This document shows positions 1 through 9,739 of a stretch of DNA of 64,000 nt, one piece after another. Made by a program: the position numbers and the translations under genes. Below the pieces are notes generated by a model, which did not search any database, was not told the origin of the DNA, and saw only the letters and a list, made by a program, of their open reading frames with translations. This DNA comes from Selaginella moellendorffii (Eukaryota > Plantae > Lycopodiophyta). The DNA lies in the NCBI RefSeq assembly GCF_000143415.4, contig NW_003314284.1, positions 664,693-728,692 of the forward strand, given 5' to 3'. The first letter of the stretch is position 1. Every line of letters begins with the position of its first letter.

Positions 1-406
1 CGAGAGGTACCCATACCGGGCCGCTAGGCCACGGTGTTTCGCCCCGGCGTCCCGAAGCAAGTGTTGCACTCAAGACTTGGGATTTAGAGGGTCCCATGAT
101 CAAGTCTTGTGGTACCAAAGGATGTTAGGAACCTGGAAGCTTGGTGTGCTTGGCTGCTTGTGCTTGCGGGGAGTGTAGCCAAACCTTAAGTCCAGTCTAA
201 CCCGGGGAGGGGGATTGGGAGTGATTTGGGAATCCATGGATGGATGGCTAACACTCCGTTGCTCGTGCAGTGAGTAGCTGAGACCAAGTAGGAGCTGGTA
301 CCATAGGCGAGAACCTTGGCAAGGGAACTTAGCAAAAGCCAAGGCGGTGTTGGGCGGATAGACGAGGTAAGCTGGCAAATTGGAAAGGAAAAATTTGTGG
401 TTTACA
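1..406 (+). mobile_element. 3' part of an LTR (family LTR-B) inserted into the DNA transposon
   Basis: Near-identical to 28250-28665 and to the reverse complement of 48613-49020. Ends ...GTGGTTTACA and is followed directly by transposon sequence (CTTGCCTGTTC) that is uninterrupted in copy C (reverse complement ending at 63487). Confidence 0.8.
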
Positions 407-1307
407 CTTGCCTGTTCAGAAATGCACAACAATTAGAGCTGACAGATGAAAAGCTAGCAGCTGGAAATAACGTGAGGCCACACGCCATTCACCACTGCAT
501 CAGATGTCTTGAGGCTGCATCCTAAGATGGCGTGAGGCTACACGCCATCTGTAACCGGACTGCACTCGAGAGCCCAATCGGTGCATGCCAATGTTGCTAC
601 TGAATGGCATGTGGCCTCATGCCATTTTCTACTTGGCCTAAAAGACTTACCATTTGAAGCCGAATGAAGGCGTGACAATCGAGGCCAGACTCGCTGGCGA
701 ATGTGCACTGTGTGTGCAGCGGATCGTAGCAGCAAGGCTACTCTACCACTTACAGTTGGAGAGTGGCGCTGAAATCTCCCGGGATGCCAAGTGGGCTGTG
801 TGTGGGTGGCGGAGTGGGCGGCGGAGTTGGCGGCGAAGTTACAAATTGGGTGTGTCTTGAAGTGGACGCCGATGCACACGAGCGCGATGCGAGCGCGAGT
901 GTGATGCAAGCGCGAGTGGACGCCGATGCACACGAGAAACCTGTAGAGAAGGTAGATGAGTGCGAATGTGAGCGTGATCGCGAGTGGGAGCGCGATGCGA
1001 GCGCGAGTACGATGCAAAACCTAACCTCACACGCGTGAAATGTCACGACGGTTGGTAATCCCGCCACATCATCATTCCTCGGACTTGGGGGCCACCATTA
1101 ATTTCTGGATCGCCGCGCGCATGCATGCACATGAAATCCAAAAGAAATCCGCAACGTCATCATTCCTCGGACTGCATGCACGCGAAATCCAAAAGAAAGA
1201 TCATGATTGAGATATCATTTAATACCCTCGCTATATTTATACCATGCATGATTGGATATTCCAAAGCATCTTGTATTTCCAAAAATGCCAGATGTTCAGC
1301 TAAATAA

Positions 1308-3270
1308 AGAATGGTATACAATGTCCTTCTTGATGACCCTGCAAAGAAGCATCTCGATCGGACATCACATGAGACCACACGAGCCTTACAATGTTTCAGG
1401 GGCATTTGCCATAGATCCGACCGTTATTTTGCTCCAAGATTCTATAGTTTGGTGTGCATTGACCTTTCCATCGACACTGCAAAGGGACATCACAATCAGA
1501 TGCGGGATCACAAGAAACCAACTTCACTAACTCTGGTTTCACCAAGATCTACGTAAGGAGTTATGAAATGAAAGGACCCTCTCTATTGAAATGTGTTTAT
1601 GGTCCTAGGGGCATTGTGACATATCAAAGGATTTTGCATCAAGTTCTGTATTTACATGTTTATCAAGCTACTGAATTGCTAAACCCTAAACCCTCCCTAA
1701 ATATGTGGCAAATGTTGCGTGAAGAAAGATGCCCTTTCTGGGCAAATGCTGTAAGAGGCAAATGCCGAGCAGTTACACGGCGAATAATCTTGGCGCGGAT
1801 CGCTGATATGGCATGGCAAAGTTCGAATCATTGACATGGCATAGCTGGATCGAGGCAAGGACATGATGTGACAAAGTTCAACGTCTGACAGCAAAGTTTA
1901 GAAGGTACTCAGTTTGAAATTTGTCAGAGGAATTATAAAATCTGGTTTGTCAGAGGATTTGATGTGACGTTCAAGCGTGTGGGCTCATGCAATTTTGATC
2001 CCAAAAAATGCACCAAAAAATGCTCGGCGTCATCTGGCGTTATCTCTTGAATGGCGTGGGGCCGCATGCCATTTTAAGGGGCACATAGGAGTATATTCCT
2101 AGAATATTTTGACACGCGCGAGATTTTTTTGAGTTTTCTGGAGATCCAACTGTTAGATCGCAAATAGATTTTACAGAATGGTATACAATGTCTTTCTTGA
2201 TGACCCTGCAAAGAAGCATCTCGATCGGACACCACATAAGACCACATGAGCCTTACAATGCTTCAGGGGCATTTGCCATAAATCCAACCGTTATTTTGCT
2301 CCAAGATTTTACAGTTTGGTGTGCATTGACCTTTCCATTGACACTGCAAAGGGACATCACAATCAAATGTGGGATCACAGGAAACTAACTTCACTAACTC
2401 TGGTTTCACCAAGATCTACGTAAGGAGTTATGAAATGAAAGGACCCTCTCTATTGAAATGTGTTTATGGTCCTAGGGGCATTGTGACATATCAAAGGATT
2501 TTGTATCAAGTTCTGTATTTGCATGTTTATCAAGCTACTGAATTGCTAAACCCTAAACCCTAAACATGTGGCAAATGCTGCGTGAAGAAAGATGCCCTTT
2601 CTGGGCAAATGCTGTAAGAGGCAGATGCCGAGCAGATGTATCTCAGGCTAGCGAAGGGGACAAATGAAAGCTAGCTATAAACATGATGGGATGCAAATAG
2701 ATTACTAGGCTGGTCCTGCGAAAATCAAAAACCATAATTGAAAACATTGAAAATGCAAAAAGAAAGGTTTATAATATTTTTGAATTTTAAGCAACCAAAG
2801 GAATGTAAGTAGGGCATGTGTTTGTAAGTTTAAAAATGCCTCAACCACTTAAATTCCCAAGTAAATAAAGCTGTTTCTATTTTTGGTACTAGAGAATAAA
2901 AAGCTATCTTATATGTCTTTACTAGGTAAACTTTATGTGGGCTCATGCAATTTTGAACCCAAAAATGCACCAAAAAATGCTCGACTAGCATTATTCTTTG
3001 AATGGCGTGTGGCCTTATATTGCCATAAATGGACGTACACACACAGCATAATTATTCCTTTACACGGCGAATAATCTTGGCGCGGATCGCTGACATGGCA
3101 TGGCAAAGTTCGAATCACTGACATGGCACAGCTGGATCGAGGCAAGGACATGATGTGACAAAGTTCAACGTTCGACAGCAAAGTCTAGAAGCTACTCAGT
3201 TTGAAATTTGTCAAAGGAATCATAAGTTCTGGTTTGTCAGAGGATTTGATGTGACGTTCAAGCGTGTGTT
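1308..3270 (+). repeat. Internal block duplications X-Y-Z-X'-U-Z'-Y' in the transposon 5' region
   Basis: X 1308-1771 ~ 2174-2635; Y 1772-1980 ~ 3060-3268; Z 1978-2065 ~ 2936-3015. B has the same layout (6923-8825). C has only X-U-Z'-Y'. Each X ends near a telomere-like AAACCCTAAACCCT motif. Confidence 0.85.
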
Positions 3271-3774
3271 ATTTTTGAATTCTCGAACTCATTCCTACGT
3301 CTATCATTTTTGTGCGCCGTGTTCTTGGTTCCGCTGAGCGCAGTGAGCGCTGCTTGTGTAAGCGGCGTTGTGAGCTGTGGTTTATGCGTCTACGAGCGGT
3401 TGCGGCATTGCGAGCACCATTGCGAGCGACAGTTTATGCGAGTGGCAGTTTGTGCGAGCGGCGCTACGAGCAGTTGCGGTGTTGCGAGCGGCGCTACGAG
3501 TAGTTGCGGTGTTGCGAGCGGCACTGTCTTTGGTGTGGCTACCGCTTCCTCTTGATATTCGGTATATTCGGTATATTCGGTATATATTGTGTATATCAAG
3601 ATGGCATGAGGCCTCATGCCAATTTTGTGAATGCGAAATTTCACGTGGGTGTCAATAACATGTTTGAATAATGGCATGTGGCCTCATGCTATTGAGGTTG
3701 TTTAGTATGTTATGATTTAGGCCATTCTCCAATCATTTTTTGTATGGTCTTAACTTCTTTTCTGCACTTTCAGA

Positions 3775-5373
3775 ATGGCCTCCGCAAGTGCGACGCATAT
3801 TCCCTCTGTGGATCTTAAGAACCGTGCTACATGGATTCAGGCAAAGGTGTTTCTAAACAACCCCGAGGGGGAGGTGGTAGCTGAGGGCTTAGCCACAGTT
3901 GTCGATCCAAGAGATGCGGTTGCTAATCAAGAATTGGGCTGGGATGATATTGGAGTTGCGATTTTAGAGGTTGTTGACACAGAAGAAAACAGTCTGACTA
4001 TTGGAAGCATTGTGCAGTGGAAATTGAGGCACTTAGTGTTTGAGAATGTGAAGGATTCACAATCAAACACCACTACAACTGATGACAGAACATCTCTTCA
4101 TGGGAAAAGAAAGTACACCTTCCTAAAGCGCAGCCAAAGGGATCTAAGCAACGAACCGAAAAGGCAGAAAATGGCGATGGAGGTTCGAATGGTCTCGACA
4201 GTTGCTTGTTGCAAGAGGAGGTGTTGTCAACATACTGATTGGGATGCTATTGAAGAGGAGAGAGCAAGATACAAGACATTGTCCTGGAAGGCAGCTCGCA
4301 ATTTTGTGTATGAGGCATTATGGTCATCTGTTGATGCTTCAGAACATCAGGTGGGGGGCATGGTCTTCCAGAGGGGTTTGGTCTGCATGAAGGCATGGAG
4401 AATCATTTATGGAGTCCCTCGAACCACATTCTACAGAATCAAAACTGAGTTCGAGGAACAAAGGGTTCAACAGGCAATCCATGGGAACGACGGTACGCAC
4501 AAAACCAGGGGTCATGTTGTATATGGAGAGGCAATCTTCAAGAGGTTTGTCGAGACATGTAGCGAGCAGCAACCACATAAAACCCGCCTCTTGGAAGATG
4601 GAACACGAGACACCCAACGAGTTCTCCCTTCCATGTATACCAAGGGGGCCATATTGGAAGATGTGAATCGGGAACTCCAGAGTAATGGCTATAGGAAGCT
4701 GAGCCAATCTAAATTTAGTAGATTGTGGAGCAACAGGTTCAGGGATGTGAGTATAGGAAAGTACTCCAGCTTTTCAAAGTGTGACGAGTGCACTGCTATC
4801 AAAATGGCTTTGTCGAAGAATTCTTGCATCGCTCAAGAGCGAGAGACGTTGGTTAGAAGGCGGCTCAACCACAACATCGAGCAGAGAAGCTGCAGGACTG
4901 CATATTATCATAACAGGATTCTCTCCATGGAGAGACCTGACTCTTACCTCTGCATCATCCACGACAAAATGGACCAGAAAAAGACGTGCTTACCTCAACT
5001 CAATCCTGCCCCCAAGACAATCTCTTCATCCATGCAGCTGCCTGTGTCTCTGTTTGGCATAATCGCTCATGGGCATGGTGCCCAGAACTATGGGAACTTC
5101 TTTGTACCTCTATGGGGTGGCGGGGGTGAAAACATGATGATTGCATCCCTAGCAAAACACTTAAGGTCTCTGCAAAGTGCGCAGACTAAGCTGAACGGCC
5201 AACCCTTGCATAAGGCCCTTGTCGATCGAACCCCATACAGGGTTCAGTTGGAGGAGGAGCAAAGGCTTGCAGTATCGTGTGGGGCCCCATGCCATCCCAA
5301 TGAATATGTTGGCTGTCAGATTGTAGGGTTAGGAATGACGTTCATCTTGGAAAGCTCACCACACGCTCAATGA
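3775..5373 (+). pseudogene. Truncated transposase ORF (532 aa), lacks the 2nd and 3rd catalytic Asp motifs
   Basis: Nearly identical to the B protein up to QIVGL, then reads into 3' subterminal DNA across the deletion. Retains CCKRRCC, FSKCDEC and IIHDKMDQKKT. The ATG follows a polypyrimidine-CAG splice acceptor. Confidence 0.8.
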
Positions 5374-5627
5374 ACAAACAAATAGTGTGTGCGCACATGC
5401 CATTGCTCTTCTTTAGCTTCAGATTCGGCTTGTTCACCTTGACAATGAGATTTATTATACAACCAGATGGACTCAGTCTGGACACAAAGTCACCGCGCTA
5501 GTCACCATGCCCCAGATATGTCTAGCCCCTGGACAAAAAACATATAATTTCACGTCATTTTCAAATACTTGAAAATTTGTACCTAGTCCCATTTTACTGA
5601 ATAAATCCCACTTTAACGAAATAGAGC

Positions 5628-6670
5628 TTTTAAGTACACCCCCAACTCCCTGGGTTGTTCCAGCATTTATTAGAGGTAGCCCTGGCTACCATTTCAAGGA
5701 CTTGTGTCCTCTTCTGTATTTGACTTCCCATAGTCATCAATTCCGGTCTCAAACTTATGAGCACCAGCCTCAAATACATAAGGGTAATCTTGTGACTCCT
5801 TTATTGTTTTAGAGTCTACCTCTTTCCCGTGATCCCAACTATATTTGTTTACCACAACTACATTAGCCTGTTTGTTGTGTCAAATGCTCATTCGGATCAC
5901 ATCCTCAACTCTCTGAGGAAACCCTTATACTGTTCCCAAGATCCCAAAATCATTCCCTTATTGGCCCTTTTCCATCCACCACATTGCGCACAAGTTCACA
6001 CATGAACTTGAGTGGGGAGCCATGTCCTCTTGCCATGCTACTCCTCGAGGATAGGTCTATACGTAGGACCTTCCTATTCCAATACAAGTGGTGATATACT
6101 TGGCCACCAATAAGAGTCGGACTAAGGAACAACTCCGATACCAAGTTGTAAGCAACTAATTTTTCCATTCTACTTTAGTCACTTAACTGCACCTCTGACC
6201 ACTTGGAAGAGTCTCATTCACAACCTCCATAAGTCCCATTCAGAACTTAGGGCTTGCTAGCCCCGAGAATGGCATCCATGCCACTTAACCTTTGCACTTG
6301 GTCCAAGTGCTTCATGTGTCCGATCCTATGACTGACACTCCAAGGTACCACTGACATACTAGCCCATTACGCTAGGCCATGCCCATTCACCTTGGTCACA
6401 TCGGTGGTCCAACACCACCTGCATTACAATCCCATCTCTCAAAGACTAGGCCATCCATCCATGAGTGGTTATCCCAGATCCACTCTATAGCATCCTTAGG
6501 ATACCTGCAGACATGGGGAATAGCCTTCCTCAATGTCTCCTTTCCGGCCCCCACCAAGTCCGTTCCTGTCCATGGCCGTGTTCACCAACACTGCCACTGG
6601 ATCAAGGCCCACAGGCCCGACCACTAAGTCCAACTATCCTCTGGGACTTCCTCACTGTGTGACTATGTCC
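5628..6670 (-). mobile_element. LTR-A family fragment (5' internal region, PBS and partial LTR) duplicated from the flank of copy C
   Basis: Reverse complement of ~50305-51337, with the same transposon/flank junction (GAGC|TTTTAAGTACACCCCC). LTR edge TGTAAG at 6147. Confidence 0.85.
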
Positions 6671-9600
6671 TAATCCCGCCACATCATCATTCCTCAGACT
6701 TGGGTGCCACCATTAATTTCTGGATCGCCGCGCGCATGCATGCACGTGAAATCCAAAAGAAATCCGCAACGTCATCATTCCTCGGACTGCATGCACGCGA
6801 AATCCAAAAGAAAGATCATGATTGGGATATCATTTAATACCCTCGCTATATTTATACCATGCATGATTGGATATTCCAAAGCATCTTGTATTTCCAAAAA
6901 TGCCAGATGTTCAGCTAAATAAAGAATGGTATACAATGTCCTTCTTGATGACCCTGCAAAGAAGCATCTCGATCGGACACCACATGAGACCACACGAGCC
7001 TTACAATGTTTTAGGGGCATTTGCCATAGATCCGACCGTTATTTTGCTCCAAGATTCTATAGTTTGGTGTGCATTGACCTTTCCATCGACACTGCAAAGG
7101 GACATCACAATCAGATGCGGGATCACAAGAAACCAACTTCACTAACTCTGGTTTCACCAAGATCTACGTAAGGAGTTATGAAATGAAAGGACCCTCTCTA
7201 TTGAAATGTGTTTATGGTCCTAGGGGCATTGTGACATATCAAAGGATTTTGCATCAAGTTCTGTATTTGCATGTTTATCAAGCTACTGAATTGCTAAACC
7301 CTAAACCCTAAACATGTGGCAAATGCTGCGTGAAGAAAGATGCCCTTTCTGGGCAAATGCTGTAAGAGGCAAATGCCGAGCAGTTACACGGCGAATAATC
7401 TTGGCGCGGATCGCTGATATGGCATGGCAAAGTTCGAATCACTGACATGGCATAGCTGGATCGAGGCAAGGACATGATGTGACAAAGTTCAACGTCCGAC
7501 AGCAAAGTCTAGAAGGTACTCAGTTTGAAATTTGTCAGAGGATTTGATGTGACGTTCAAGCGTGTGGACTCATGCAATTTTGATCCCAAAAAATGCACAA
7601 AAAAATGCTCGGCGTCATCTGGCGTTATCTCTTGAATGGCGTGGGGCCGCATGCCATTTTCAGGGGCACATAGGAGTATATTCCTAGAATATTCTGATAC
7701 ACGCGAGATATTTTTGAGTTTTCTAGAGATCCAACCGTTAGATCGCAACTAGATTTTACAGAATGGTATACAATGTCTTTCTTGATGACCCTGCAAAGAA
7801 GCATCTCGATCGGACACCACATAAGACCACATGAGCCTTACAATGCTTCAGGGGCATTTGCCATAGATCCGAACGTTATTTTGCTCCAAAATTTTACAGT
7901 TTAGTGTGCATTGACCTTTCCATCGACACTGCAAAGGGACATCACAATCAGATGCGGGATCACAAGAAACTAACTTCACTAACTCTGGTTTCACCAAGAT
8001 CTACGTAAGGAGTTATGAAATGAAAAGACCCTCTCTATTGAAATGTGTTTATGGTCCTAGGGGCATTGTGACATATCAAAGGATTTTGCATCAAGTTCTG
8101 TATTTGCATGTTTATCAAGCTACTGAATTGCTAAACCCTAAACCCTAAACATGTGGCAAATGCTGCGTGAAGAAAGATGCCCTTTCTGGGCAAATGCTGT
8201 AAGAGGTAGATGCCGAGCAGATGTATCTCAGGCTAGTGAAGGGGACAAACGAAAGCTAGCTATAAACATGACGGGATGCAAATAGATTACTAGGCTGGTC
8301 CTGCAAAAATCAAAAATCATAATTGAAAACATTGAAAATGCAAAAAGAAAGGTTTATAATATTTTTGAATTTTAAGCAACCAAAGGAATGTAAGTAGGGC
8401 ATGTGTTTGTAAGTTTAAAAATGCCTCAACCACTTAAATTCCCAAGTAAATAAAGCTGTTTCTATTTTTGGTACAGGTAAACTTTATAGCGTGTGGGCTC
8501 ATGCAATTTTGAACCCAAAAATGCACCAAAAAATGCTCGACTAGCATTATTCTTTGAATGGTGTGTGGCCTTATATTGCCATAAATGGACATACACACAC
8601 AACATAATTATTCCTTTACACGGCGAATAATCTTGGCGCAGATCGCTGACATGGCATGGCAAAGTTCGAATCACTGACATGGCACAGCTGGATCGAGGCA
8701 AGGACATGATGTGACAAAGTTCAACCTCTGACAGCAAAGTCTAGAAGCTACTCAGTTTGAAATTTGTCAGAGGAATCATAAAATCTGGTTTGTCAGAGGA
8801 TTTGATGTGACGTTCAAGCGTGTGTTATTTATTGAATTCTCGAACTCATTCCTATGTCTATCATTTTTGTGTGCCGTGTTCTTGGTTCCGCTGAACGCAG
8901 TGAGCGCTGCTTGTGTAAGCGGCGTTGTGAGCTGTGGTTTATGCGTCTACGAGCGGTTGCGGCATTGCGAGCGCCATTGCGAGCGGCAGTTTATGCACGT
9001 GGCAGTTTGTGTGAGCGGCGCTACGAGCAGTTGCGGTGTTGCGAGCGGCTCTACGAGTAGTTGCGGTGTTGCGAGCGGCACTGTCTTTGGTGTGGCTACT
9101 GCTTCCTCTTGATATTCGGCACTTGTGCTTCCTAGTATGTTCACCATGGAATGGCTTAGGACCACATTTAGAAATGGCATGATGCCACATGCCATCTTGG
9201 GCCCTTGCAATTTCATGGCTAGCGTATTGTTATGTATGTTTTTACTTGCCTGCAGCTATGTGTATATCAAGATGGCATGANNNNNNNNNNNNNNNNNNNN
9301 NNNNNNNNNNNNNNNNNNNNNNNNNNNNNNNNNNNNNNNNNNNNNNNNNNNNNNNNNNNNNNNNNNNNNNNNNNNNNNNNNNNNNNNNNNNNNNNNNNNN
9401 NNNNNNNNNNNNNNNNNNNNNNNNNNNNNNNNNNNNNNNNNNNNNNNNNNNNNNNNNNNNNNNNNNNNNNNNNNNNNNNNNNNNNNNNNNNNNNNNNNNN
9501 NNNNNNNNNNNNNNNNNNNNNNNNNNNNNNNNNNNNNNNNNNNNNNNNNNNNNNNNNNNNNNNNNNNNNNNNNNNNNNNNNNNNNNNNNNNNNNNNNNNN

Positions 9601-9739
9601 NNNNNNNNNNNNNNNNNNNNNNNNNNNNNNNNNNNNNNNNNNNNNNNNNNNNNNNNNNNNNNNNNNNNNNNNNNNNNNNNNNNNNNNNNNNNNNNNNNNN
9701 NNNNNNNNNNNNNNNNNNNNNNNNNNNNNNNNNNNNNNN

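Larger units (their letters stand above)
407..5627 (+). mobile_element. DNA transposon copy A (Sola-like DDD transposase family), internally deleted, non-autonomous
   Basis: Homologous to B (6671-14133) and to the reverse complement of C. All three share the right end ...CCACTTTAACGAAATAGAGC. The junction at 5330/5331 skips B 11236-13837. The left end is not in the window. Confidence 0.8.

Noticed and set aside
1679-1700. Interstitial telomere or healed chromosome break
   Set aside because: Only two repeat units, at the same position in every X block, so it is part of the element.
467-3693. Palindromic repeats as a CRISPR array
   Set aside because: Spacing is irregular (35 bp to over 1 kb), repeats are degenerate, there are no cas genes, and the context is a eukaryotic transposon.
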